From an uncultured Gammaproteobacteria bacterium (GTDB lineage Bacteria; Patescibacteriota; Patescibacteriia; UBA11705; JABHMO01), in assembly GCA_964590105.1 (NCBI GenBank), contig CAZPYM010000001.1, forward strand, positions 1,022 through 65,021: a DNA stretch of 64,000 bases, given 5' to 3'. The notes beneath the pieces are model-generated. The model did not search any database. It was not told the origin of the DNA and saw only the letters and a list, made by a program, of their open reading frames with translations. The position numbers were made by a program, and so were the translations under genes. The stretch's first letter is position 1. Every line of letters starts with the position of its first letter. This document shows, one piece after another, positions 18,171 to 27,402 of this stretch.

Positions 18171-18235
18171 GGCGGGATTCAGGAATCCCGCCTACAGAAG
18201 ATGGAGTCAGGCGCGCTTCCGGAAGCGCGCCTGAC
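18171..18235. repeat. GC palindromic element copy 2 (ggcgggattc-ag-gaatcccgcc) plus adjacent 30-bp perfect palindrome
   Basis: The first hairpin at 18171-18192 matches 2941-2962. The second hairpin, gtcaggcgcgcttcc|ggaagcgcgcctgac, lies at 18206-18235. Both sit directly after the stop of the LTD gene. Confidence 0.75.
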
Positions 18236-18314
18236 TGTTGCCACCGTTTTAGCGGGCCGGAGCCTCTAGACATCGTTTTAGAAATTCGGTTCGTGGCTTT
18301 CATGTGTATAAACT

Positions 18315-18343
18315 TTGTTGATGTTTAAAATTTGTGGTATAAT
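18315..18343 (+). promoter_or_regulatory. sigma70-like promoter candidate (ttgttg -35 / 17 bp / tgg-tataat extended -10)
   Basis: Sequence match upstream of the first gene of the T4SS-like operon (start 18365). Confidence 0.45.
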
Positions 18344-18364
18344 TTGATTGAAACTAAATAGAAC

Positions 18365-21253
18365 TTGATGCGTAGTCATTTGAAGAAAATCTGGCTTAGT
18401 TTTAAAAGTAATCTCAAGCGGTTTTTTGGGGTTGTTAATTTTGTTTTTGTTCCGAAACGTCGGGCTTTCAGAATAGGATTAGTTTTGACTATCCTGATTA
18501 GCGTTTTTCTTGTTGGCACATCTGTCTATGCTGCAGGCGACATAAGCGACAAAATCCTGGATTTTTTCAACTGGGTTCTTTTCTATATTGCCATGGCGCT
18601 CGGCTGGGTTGCTCTAAAAGTATTTGCCTTGGTTATCATTGTCAGTTCATATAATAATTTTGTCACTTCAGCCGCCGTCACCAAGGGCTGGGTTTTGATC
18701 AGGGACGTGTGCAATTTGTTCTTTGTCCTGATACTTTTGGTGATTGCTTTTAACATTATTCTCGGCGTAGAAAAATATTCGCCAAAGAAAATGTTGTTCA
18801 ATGTTGTTATTGCCGCGATCTTGGTGAATTTTAGTAAATTAATTTGCGGGTTGGTAATCGATTTTGGCCAGGTGGTCATGATGACTTTTGTTAATGGCTA
18901 TTCAGCAACAGCCGGCGCGAATTTAGTTGAGGGGCTTGGTTTGAATTATCTTTTAAAAATGAGTGGAGACAATGCCTCGGGGGGGGCGAAGCAAATTGAG
19001 GCGCCGACCAATCTTAGTATTTTCATTGCCTTATTTATAGCGATATTTATTTTGATAATGACAATTTTTGTAACGATTTTCATTCTGGCGCTTCTGGTTA
19101 TGCGCATTGTTCAATTATGGATTTTAGTGGTTTTGTCGCCGGCCGCTTTTATGCTTGAGGCGATTCCTATCGGCGGCATGCAGAAAAGAGCTGGCGACTG
19201 GTGGAGCAAATTCGGCTGGACAGTGGCGGTTGGGCCTTTTATGGCTTTTTTCCTCTGGCTTAGTTTGCTGGTGATGTCAGATCCAGGGAAAAACATGCTG
19301 GCGGATAACATGAAGACCGCGGATGAATTGCAAGCAAAATCAGCCGGATCTACTGTGTCTGGGATTTCGCATCTGGATAAACTCGCTCAGTCGGCTATTG
19401 GACTAGCGCTACTTATGGCTAGTTTAGTGATCGCGCAGGAAGCGGGCGGAGTGGTTGGCGGGGCAGCTGGAAAATTTCAAGGGTATACTGGTAAGATCGC
19501 CAAATCAGTGGGCGGAAGGATGACCGGTTATAACGCGGGTAGAGATAGAGGCGTTGCCATGTATAAGGGATATGCTGAAAAACAGGGCGCAAAAAAAGCA
19601 GAAACAATGGCAAAATATTCAAGGGTGGGAGAAAAAGCGTTTGCGGCTAAAGAGAGCGGTATCCGAGGTTTAAAAAGAACTGCGGCTTTGCCATATACAG
19701 CGGGAAAAATGCTAGCTAAAGGGGGCGCTAAGGGCGCTAAATGGGGCGGTAGAAAGATTGCTGAAACTAAGACAGGAAAAGCTGTTGCTGCAACATATCA
19801 AAAAGTTAAAGGAAAGGCTGGTGGCGCTTTAGCGAATGCAAAGGGGAAAATTGGTGATCGTTTGGCGCAATTGCCTGGAGCTGAATTTGCGGGAAAAGCC
19901 ACAAGAGCTGTTGGAGGTTTTGTTGGAGAAAAAGCAAAGGAGGTCTGGGCAAAGACTGACAAGGCCGGCGTGAGAAATTTGGTAGCCGCTGATGCTGTTG
20001 ATCAGTCAATTCTAAAAAAAGCCAGAGAACAGGGTGGTGAAAATTTATCTGCCAGAAATATCAATAAAGAAGAAGATTTGCGTCGAGTTCTTAATGATGG
20101 CGGCGAAAATAAAGGTTCCAGAGTGGCCGCAGCTATGAAACTTGCCAAAGCCGGTGTCATAGAAAGTCCGAAAGAAGCAAAGCTGATAAGATCTCTGACC
20201 AAGGGAGACAGGGAAGCTTCAGATACAGTACGAGAAGATTTAATGAAGAAACAAGCCAATCATGCTTTTAATATGGATGATCCGAGAGAAGTTGATACAC
20301 TCCATGAAAAAATAAAGAACGGCGACATTGATATAACAAAACAGAACGCATCGGCCTACGGCGACGCCCGGTTTATGCAGGTGAGCAGAGAGGCTCTGGG
20401 TGATAAAGTTTTCGGCAAGAAAATTGGCGAAGTAGCCAAGCGTTCGGCGGAGCACAAAGAAACGGCTACCGGAACGGTCCGCGATATGGCCCAGAGCCAG
20501 CACGCTGAAATAGCGAGATTGCAGTCACTTGCCGCAGATGGAAATCAACCGGAAGCAAAACGTCAAGAAGCGGAAGCAGCTCTTCCAGAAAAGCAAAAAT
20601 CAGCTGATGATTTCAGAAGAACAGTGGCTGAAGTTACTAATGATTTAAATGAGGCTTTTGGCGCTAGAAATGTTGACGGAAGTTTAAACAAGGTGGATGG
20701 CAAGGTTAAAATCGATCCTTCTCAAGAGGCAAATATGGGACAATATATTAGAGGGCTTTCAGGAAAAAGACTGGCTGATTTTGATATGAAGGAAGACGCT
20801 CTTAGCCATATTGCAGTCAATGTGAGCGTTCAACAGCTGGCAAATTTGGCGATGTCAAATGAACCTGGTTCAAATGACAAGGTCCAGCAAATAGTAGAAA
20901 GGATCCATGAAGTAGGCGATACAAAACGCATTACCCAAGTTGCCGGTAATCAAGTGGTAATGGATGCTTTGGGTCAAGAAATAAGAACAAAAGTTGAGGC
21001 CGTTAAAGCGGCTACGCCAGCGCCAACACCGGCAGGTGTTAAAACGGCCGGTGCCGTCGCGCCAGCAGGAGGCGCAGCAACTGCGCCGACAGAAGGCGCA
21101 TCAGCCGCTCCGGCAGAAGGTGCAACAGCCGCAGAGCCGGCAAAGTCACCACTTATAGTTGGCGCAAGTGATGCTGATTTTAATAAAGCAAAACAGGATA
21201 TGAATAAAGCCGGCGGATTTGAGTCAGCGCTCCGCGGCGGCAAAGTGTCATAA
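18365..21253 (+). CDS. VirB6/PrgH-like polytopic membrane protein with long Lys/Ala/Gly-rich C-terminal extension
   Basis: 962 aa. Six or more TM helices in the first 320 aa, at the position of a VirB6 homologue in a Gram-positive-type T4SS operon. It is followed by a roughly 640-aa hydrophilic tail full of 'AGKxAKxG' repeats and an Ala/Pro-rich C-terminus. Confidence 0.5.
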   Translation: MMRSHLKKIWLSFKSNLKRFFGVVNFVFVPKRRAFRIGLVLTILISVFLVGTSVYAAGDISDKILDFFNWVLFYIAMALGWVALKVFALVIIVSSYNNFVTSAAVTKGWVLIRDVCNLFFVLILLVIAFNIILGVEKYSPKKMLFNVVIAAILVNFSKLICGLVIDFGQVVMMTFVNGYSATAGANLVEGLGLNYLLKMSGDNASGGAKQIEAPTNLSIFIALFIAIFILIMTIFVTIFILALLVMRIVQLWILVVLSPAAFMLEAIPIGGMQKRAGDWWSKFGWTVAVGPFMAFFLWLSLLVMSDPGKNMLADNMKTADELQAKSAGSTVSGISHLDKLAQSAIGLALLMASLVIAQEAGGVVGGAAGKFQGYTGKIAKSVGGRMTGYNAGRDRGVAMYKGYAEKQGAKKAETMAKYSRVGEKAFAAKESGIRGLKRTAALPYTAGKMLAKGGAKGAKWGGRKIAETKTGKAVAATYQKVKGKAGGALANAKGKIGDRLAQLPGAEFAGKATRAVGGFVGEKAKEVWAKTDKAGVRNLVAADAVDQSILKKAREQGGENLSARNINKEEDLRRVLNDGGENKGSRVAAAMKLAKAGVIESPKEAKLIRSLTKGDREASDTVREDLMKKQANHAFNMDDPREVDTLHEKIKNGDIDITKQNASAYGDARFMQVSREALGDKVFGKKIGEVAKRSAEHKETATGTVRDMAQSQHAEIARLQSLAADGNQPEAKRQEAEAALPEKQKSADDFRRTVAEVTNDLNEAFGARNVDGSLNKVDGKVKIDPSQEANMGQYIRGLSGKRLADFDMKEDALSHIAVNVSVQQLANLAMSNEPGSNDKVQQIVERIHEVGDTKRITQVAGNQVVMDALGQEIRTKVEAVKAATPAPTPAGVKTAGAVAPAGGAATAPTEGASAAPAEGATAAEPAKSPLIVGASDADFNKAKQDMNKAGGFESALRGGKVS

Positions 21254-21278
21254 GTAAAGAAAGTATAATCAAGGAACA

Positions 21279-22829
21279 ATGAATTCAAAGACAAAACCAA
21301 CAAAACCATTAGCGCAAATATTGCCACTAAATGTTGCCGCGGCGCTGAATGTTGATTTTGGTGGTCAAACTAATGTTGAGATAGCCGGAAAATTTGGCTT
21401 ATCAGTCGGGCAACTGGCAAGAATGACTGGACTCATCGGCGAGATTTATAATAAAAAAATACCAGTTGGTCAGATTGATTTTGAGCTGGCCTCGCGTTTG
21501 GGTTTGGCAAAAGATAAAGTTGCAAAACTTGCTTTGGAAATTTGCGGTAAACGATTAATGATTGTTAATACGGTCTGGTTTGACGGCGCAGTAGGGAAGA
21601 AAATCAAAGAACTTGGTGGTGTGGCGGATGATTATAATGAATTTATTGCTGAATATGTGGAAAATGTTATCAGCGAAAAAGCAGAAGAAACGGCTACGCA
21701 AAGAATAGAGCAAGAAGAGGAAAAAATTACATTGAAAAAAGCTATAAAGAAAAAGATTGAAGAGGATCCAATTATGTTGAAAGATCCGCTTGCAGAAAAG
21801 CAATCGCTGAAAAAAGTTTTTGGCACTAATGTTGTACATGTATTAAGTTCAGGGGATTATAGATTGAAAATAGAATTAAATATCCGATTGATCACTTTGT
21901 TATTAAACGATGAGCCGGAGCAGGTTTTTCACAAAGAACTTCTGACTGCCCTGTACAACAATCATGAAGTTTTAACTAGTAAAAGAATATTATTAAAAGA
22001 CGAAAAAGTTGAGCCGACTATTAGCAACTGGTTAAAAGATTATGTCGGGTCAGTCGGACAGGATGAAACCGGTAGCGCCATTCAAAAAGCCCAGTACTTT
22101 ACTTCGTCGCCTAATATCCGAGCATTACTAAAAGAAGAAAAAGAGTTGGTCGACGGATTATTTAAATTTTATATTGCTTTGCAGAATTTTTATAGCAATG
22201 TCAGAAAAATGGACATGGAAGATATTTATATTTTTCCTTTTACTCCAAAAGAACAAGAGTCTTTATTAAAAGAAATTAGCGAACTTGAATCGGAAGAAGA
22301 AGAAGAAATTGCGTCGGTTGAAGGAGAAAAAGCAGAAGTAGGGACGATTAACATAATGGAACTATATCAGGACAAACCTGACGATCGTCAGAAAATTGAT
22401 GAGGAAAAGCAAAAGATTGTTCAAAATACGCGTAAAGAATATGACAAGATCGCGGATGCGATGGAGCCATTTTTATTAAATCGAAAGAAGCATAGTATTT
22501 TAGCGTGTCTTGAGCTTTTGGTTGAAACGGGCGCTCTCGATAATATGCTCGGCCAGGATGAGCGTTATCAGGGGTTTTTGTCTGGCTATTTCAAACGCAA
22601 CAATTTGCAGGCAGAAGACGAAAAGTTCAAAAAAGATCCGTATCAGGCAAAATACGTGCAAGCATTTTTACGATTTGTGTTTTTGGAAAGACTTGGCCTG
22701 GCGCCCGAAGAAGGCGCGCGGATCGCTGCCAATTATTCCAATATTTTTCGCAATAAAGGCGCGATTCGATATTCGCAACTAGCTTATTTGGATTTAAGCG
22801 ATAATAAATTTAAGTGGAGTGAATTGTAG
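21279..22829 (+). CDS. hypothetical protein (T4SS-like operon member)
   Basis: 516 aa, cytoplasmic-looking, Glu/Lys-rich. It sits 25 bp downstream of the VirB6-like gene. No recognisable motif. Confidence 0.6.
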   Translation: MNSKTKPTKPLAQILPLNVAAALNVDFGGQTNVEIAGKFGLSVGQLARMTGLIGEIYNKKIPVGQIDFELASRLGLAKDKVAKLALEICGKRLMIVNTVWFDGAVGKKIKELGGVADDYNEFIAEYVENVISEKAEETATQRIEQEEEKITLKKAIKKKIEEDPIMLKDPLAEKQSLKKVFGTNVVHVLSSGDYRLKIELNIRLITLLLNDEPEQVFHKELLTALYNNHEVLTSKRILLKDEKVEPTISNWLKDYVGSVGQDETGSAIQKAQYFTSSPNIRALLKEEKELVDGLFKFYIALQNFYSNVRKMDMEDIYIFPFTPKEQESLLKEISELESEEEEEIASVEGEKAEVGTINIMELYQDKPDDRQKIDEEKQKIVQNTRKEYDKIADAMEPFLLNRKKHSILACLELLVETGALDNMLGQDERYQGFLSGYFKRNNLQAEDEKFKKDPYQAKYVQAFLRFVFLERLGLAPEEGARIAANYSNIFRNKGAIRYSQLAYLDLSDNKFKWSEL

Positions 22830-22904
22830 GGGCGGGGAGTAGTAATTAGTAAGTAGTGAGATCTTCACTCACCATTCACCACTTTTCACTCGTTTCTGTT
22901 TAAT

Positions 22905-24113
22905 ATGCTAAACGATTATATATTAGTAAAAGACAAAGACGGCGAGCTGAAATATTTCAAGGACGGCAAATTTTTTAGTGTTGAGGAAATCGCCGAACAA
23001 AACAAGCAACGGGTTTTGCAAGCCCGGGAGCCAAAAAAGAAAGAATTAAAGCCTGACTTTACTTTGGAAACGCAAAAAAAAGCTGCTGTCAAGCCGATAA
23101 TTATTAAAAAAGAACAAGAAAAACCAATAATTATTGAAAAAGTACCTAAAAAATCAAGCGCCATTGAAAAAGCGCTGGAAAAAACGGTGCGTCCGCTAAT
23201 TCCGCCATTGCCTGCTCATGAAATTGAGTTTGAACAATTGGCCGGCGAAGATGATTTCAATAGCAAAAGATTGGCGGAACAAAAGCTTGTCGGCGTTAAA
23301 GTTGACGAGGCAATAAAAAAATTAAAAATTCAATTCAGCGATCCGCAGATCGAGAGCCGTTTCCGAAATATTTTAACCACTTTTTTCCGCGGAGTCCGAA
23401 CTGTGAGAGAACTCGGTTATATGCTTGGATTGCCGAAAGTCAGCGGAGGATTGGAATTACCAAAAGATAAAATAAGTTTAATATTGGCGGTTTTGGAACA
23501 AGAGCTCGTGGAAATGAACAAAGAGCGCCGTCAGATCGCGGCCAGAATAGAACAAAAGCCGGTTGATTTGGAGCACCGGCTGGAGCCGCCGCCGCCCTTG
23601 ATTATTAAAAAACCTGAGGATCGTTCAGCGGTTGAAAAAACAGCCCGCCGGCTTCAATCCTCTCCGTCTTTGATTAGGAATGAAGTTGGCGCAGATTTAA
23701 GCAGGACTCGCGTTAGCCGGCCGCAACCCGCTCTGCAAAAAAATGTTTTTGCACCGCGGCCAAGAATTGAAGACATGAAGGGGAATCGTCAATTAATCGG
23801 ACCGGTTGAAGAATTGGAAACCATGGAGCTAGGCGATTTTCGTCGGCTTGGCCGAGAAGAACAGGAAATAAAAAAACACTTGCTGGAAAAATTCAAGGTG
23901 CTTGCCGACCAGTCGTTATTAAAAAAATTACAAGGATTAAAAGCCTGGAAATCTTCACCTGTGTATAAAATATATTTATCGATGACTGTTGCAGGGATTA
24001 GAAACAGAGTGCCTCTTTCTCAGGTAATTGAAGATCGTCAATTAAATCATCAAGCGACGTTGACGTTAAGCGAATATGAAATGATTGGACAGCTGAATCA
24101 GGAATTGGAGTAG
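22905..24113 (+). CDS. hypothetical protein (T4SS-like operon member)
   Basis: 402 aa, with a Lys/Pro/Ile-rich N-terminus. No recognisable motif. Confidence 0.6.
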   Translation: MLNDYILVKDKDGELKYFKDGKFFSVEEIAEQNKQRVLQAREPKKKELKPDFTLETQKKAAVKPIIIKKEQEKPIIIEKVPKKSSAIEKALEKTVRPLIPPLPAHEIEFEQLAGEDDFNSKRLAEQKLVGVKVDEAIKKLKIQFSDPQIESRFRNILTTFFRGVRTVRELGYMLGLPKVSGGLELPKDKISLILAVLEQELVEMNKERRQIAARIEQKPVDLEHRLEPPPPLIIKKPEDRSAVEKTARRLQSSPSLIRNEVGADLSRTRVSRPQPALQKNVFAPRPRIEDMKGNRQLIGPVEELETMELGDFRRLGREEQEIKKHLLEKFKVLADQSLLKKLQGLKAWKSSPVYKIYLSMTVAGIRNRVPLSQVIEDRQLNHQATLTLSEYEMIGQLNQELE

Positions 24114-24211
24114 CAATAGAAAAGAAACTGGAAACTGGAAATTAGGGTTTATTGGAGAAAAGAAAAGCCCTGAATTATGCTTGGTAATATTAGATACGAG
24201 AAACAAAAATT

Positions 24212-24658
24212 ATGCAGCAATTTATCGTGCCCCAATTTATTGATGTGGAAGATAAAATTATTGGCCCGATCACTACGCGGCAATTTGTTATTGTGTTGGT
24301 CGGAGCGCTCGTAACTTTTATTTTATTTAAATTATTAGCTTTTGCGTATTTTGTTTTATCAGCCATCGTGGTGATGCCACTTGCGGCGATGCTGGCTTTT
24401 GCTCGGGTCAATGGCCGACCGGTTCATTTTTTTCTGTTGAATTTTCTTCAGACCTCAAAAAGATCAAAGTTGCGCGTTTGGAATAGAGAAGCGTATGTGA
24501 ATGTAGTCCAGGTGGTGGAAAGCCAAATTAAAGAAAAACCAAAGGTGCAGGCAGTCAAAGCAGCTGTTTCCGGTTCCCGTCTGCGCGATATTTCGCTGGT
24601 GGTAAATACTGGTGGCATTTATCAGGGTGAAGAGATTGCGAATGATTTATCTCAATAA
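24212..24658 (+). CDS. PrgI/VirB3-like small membrane protein
   Basis: The N-terminal 'VPQFIDVEDKIIGPITTRQFVIVLVGALVTF' matches the PrgI/TcpE-family signature (xPkdl..yedk..G.lt.RQ..) followed by two TM helices. It lies directly upstream of the VirB4 genes, as in Gram-positive T4SS operons. Confidence 0.55.
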   Translation: MQQFIVPQFIDVEDKIIGPITTRQFVIVLVGALVTFILFKLLAFAYFVLSAIVVMPLAAMLAFARVNGRPVHFFLLNFLQTSKRSKLRVWNREAYVNVVQVVESQIKEKPKVQAVKAAVSGSRLRDISLVVNTGGIYQGEEIANDLSQ

Positions 24659-24770
24659 TAATTTTAATTAAATAATTTCTTCCCCGCTTTAGCGGGATCT
24701 CCTACGTTGGCAGACGGTCAGACTAAGGCCTGCTTGTCGACAGGCAGGCCTGGCGGAAATTAAATTATAT

Positions 24771-25451
24771 ATGCACAGCAAAAAATTAGCCGGCAACAAA
24801 ATAACTCAGTCAACGCAATTATTTTTGGACATTGCCGAAATAAAAAATGACGCCGTGATTTTAAAAGACGGAACTTTGCGAGCGGTTCTGATGGTTTCGA
24901 GCATTAATTTTGCCCTAAAATCAGAAGATGAGCAAAATGCATTGGTTTCTGCTTATGTTACTTTTTTGAATTATTTGAATTTTCCAATTCAGATTGTAAT
25001 TCAATCCAGAAAGCTGGACATTGATGCCTATATCAAGAGAATCGAGGAGGCAGAGAAGAATTTAACTAATGATTTGCTTCGGCGACAGATTGTCAATTAC
25101 AAAGCATATATTAGAGAGCTGGTGGAGCTGGGTGATATTATGAGCAAGCATTTTTTTATTGTGGTGCCGTACAGCCCGCTCGATAGCTCGAAAAGCAGTT
25201 TTTCCAGCCGGTTGTCCGCGGTTTTTACTCCGGCCAAAGTGATCCAACTCAAACAAGAAAGATTTGAAAAATACGCGCATGAATTAAACCAGCGGTTGGA
25301 GCATGTCAACATGAACATTTCCTCTCTCGGCCTCACGACTGCGCGCCTTGATACGCAGAGCTTGATAGAGCTTTATTACAACGTTTATAATCCGGCCATT
25401 GCCAGAAGTCAAAAACTGGTTGATTTGGAAAAATTAAGAGTTGAACACTAA
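24771..25451 (+). CDS. VirB4/TraE-like N-terminal domain (separate ORF)
   Basis: 'LFLDIAEIKNDAVILKDGTLRAVLMVSSINFALKSEDEQNALVSAYVTFLNYLNFPIQIVIQSRKLD' resembles the N-terminal domain of Gram-positive VirB4 homologues. It ends in TAA 30 bp before the ATPase ORF. Confidence 0.5.
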   Translation: MHSKKLAGNKITQSTQLFLDIAEIKNDAVILKDGTLRAVLMVSSINFALKSEDEQNALVSAYVTFLNYLNFPIQIVIQSRKLDIDAYIKRIEEAEKNLTNDLLRRQIVNYKAYIRELVELGDIMSKHFFIVVPYSPLDSSKSSFSSRLSAVFTPAKVIQLKQERFEKYAHELNQRLEHVNMNISSLGLTTARLDTQSLIELYYNVYNPAIARSQKLVDLEKLRVEH

Positions 25452-25483
25452 TAATTTGAATAAAATAATTGAAAGAATAAAAT

Positions 25484-27379
25484 ATGTTTAAACCAGAAGA
25501 TGTCAAGAAAGCTCCGATAATTTCTGCGCCAATAGCGGTGCCGGAGACTTCTGAGCTACAAAAGACACAAAAAACAGAGCAAGAGGTGGTTGTTCAAAAA
25601 GTGACCATGGAGCAGGAAAAAACTTATAGGGGCGGATTGACATCGGTCCTCGACATTATTGCCCCGGCTGCTTTTGAAGTGACCCCCGATTCTGTGCGGA
25701 TAGGCGGTTTATTTGCCAGAACATTATTTGTAATGACTTACCCCCGCTATATTGCTGTCGGCTGGTTTGCCCCGATTCTTAATTATAATGCCACGCTTGA
25801 TGTAAGTATGTTTTTTTATCCGATGGAGTCTCCGGTTGTTTTAAAACAGTTGAGAAATAAGGTCGGAATTCTGACCGCCCAACTTACTACTGACGCGGAA
25901 AAAGGAGCACCGCGCGATCCAATGAGGGAAACAGCGTTGCGCGATATTGAAAAACTGCGCGATGATTTGACTCAAGGAGTGGAAAAATTTTTCCAGTTTT
26001 CGCTCTATATCACGCTTTATGAAAAAGACATGAAAGCCCTTGATATGCTAACCGAAGATATAGAAGCTGTGCTGGGTACGCGTTCGATCTTGTCAAAAAG
26101 AACTTTTTATCAGGCGGAACAGGGGTTCAGTTCAACCGCGCCTCTTTGCAATGATGAACTGATGATTACCGCCAATCTTAATTCCTCGCCGATTGCCGCT
26201 TCTTTTCCTTTTATTTCCTCGGAACTGACTTCAGATGAAGGAATTTTATTTGGCATCAATCGCCACAATAATAGCTTAATTCTTTTTGACCGGTTTTCTT
26301 TGCAAAATGCCAATTCTTGCGTATTTGCCACTTCCGGCGCCGGTAAAAGTTATACAATCAAACTGGAAGTTTTGCGCAGTATGATGCTCGGCACGGATGT
26401 GATCATTATTGATCCGGAAAGAGAATACAAGAATTTAGCTTCAGCTGTCGGCGGTACCTATATTAATATTTCACTTAATTCGGAAAGTAAAATTAATCCA
26501 TTTGATTTGCCGAGAAAAATGGGCGATATGAGTACGGCAGACATCATCCGGAGCGCTGTCATTACTTTGAAGGGGCTAATGCGCATCATGATCGGTGATA
26601 TGACCCATCAGGAGGATTCAATCATGGATCGAGCCTTGATTGAAACTTACGCGAAAAAAGATATTACTCCGGAAGCTGATTTGGAGAAAATTGAACCGCC
26701 GATTATGCAGGACCTCTATGAGGTGCTTGACGGCATGGAGGGCGCGTCGGATCTGGCGCTCCGGTTGAAAAAATTTACTACCGGCACTTTTTCCGGTTTG
26801 TTCAATTCGCCGACAAATGTGGACATGAATAATCAGCTGGTTTGTTTCACTGTTCGGGATTTGGAAGATGAACTTCGGCCAATGGCGATTTACAATATTG
26901 TTAATTATATTTGGAATGTTGTCCGCTCGGAAATTAAAAAAAGAATATTGGTAATTGACGAGGCCTGGTGGCTGATGCAGCACGAGGATTCGGCGCGATT
27001 CATTTTTGCGCTAGTAAAAAGATGTCGCAAATATTACCTTGGCGTGACTACGATTACGCAGGATGTAAATGATTTTTTGCTTTCACAGTATGGGCAGGCT
27101 ATTGTTACCAATTCAGCCCTAAAAATACTTTTGAAACAAGCGCCGTCTTCAATGGAATTGGTGCAAAAAGTTTTCCAGCTTACCGAAGGTGAAAAATATC
27201 TGCTTCTGGAGTGTAATATCGGCGAAGGAATATTTTTTGCCGGTAATCGGCACGCGGCTATTCGAGTAGTGGCTTCAGGTCTTGAAGACCAGCTGATCAC
27301 GACTGATCCGCGTCAGCTTTTGGAACAAGAAAAAAAGCAAAAGCAGGCTACGGAAGACGAAGCAGAGGTAGCAGTGTAA
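25484..27379 (+). CDS. virB4: VirB4/TraE/PrgJ-like type IV secretion ATPase
   Basis: Central 'FARTLFVMTYPRYIAVGWFAPIL' CagE/TrbE/VirB4 signature. Walker A 'ATSGAGKSY'. Walker B 'RILVIDEAWWLMQ'. 631 aa. Confidence 0.85.
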   Translation: MFKPEDVKKAPIISAPIAVPETSELQKTQKTEQEVVVQKVTMEQEKTYRGGLTSVLDIIAPAAFEVTPDSVRIGGLFARTLFVMTYPRYIAVGWFAPILNYNATLDVSMFFYPMESPVVLKQLRNKVGILTAQLTTDAEKGAPRDPMRETALRDIEKLRDDLTQGVEKFFQFSLYITLYEKDMKALDMLTEDIEAVLGTRSILSKRTFYQAEQGFSSTAPLCNDELMITANLNSSPIAASFPFISSELTSDEGILFGINRHNNSLILFDRFSLQNANSCVFATSGAGKSYTIKLEVLRSMMLGTDVIIIDPEREYKNLASAVGGTYINISLNSESKINPFDLPRKMGDMSTADIIRSAVITLKGLMRIMIGDMTHQEDSIMDRALIETYAKKDITPEADLEKIEPPIMQDLYEVLDGMEGASDLALRLKKFTTGTFSGLFNSPTNVDMNNQLVCFTVRDLEDELRPMAIYNIVNYIWNVVRSEIKKRILVIDEAWWLMQHEDSARFIFALVKRCRKYYLGVTTITQDVNDFLLSQYGQAIVTNSALKILLKQAPSSMELVQKVFQLTEGEKYLLLECNIGEGIFFAGNRHAAIRVVASGLEDQLITTDPRQLLEQEKKQKQATEDEAEVAV

Positions 27380-27402
27380 AAAATAAAATAAAATTTTGAC
27401 TT

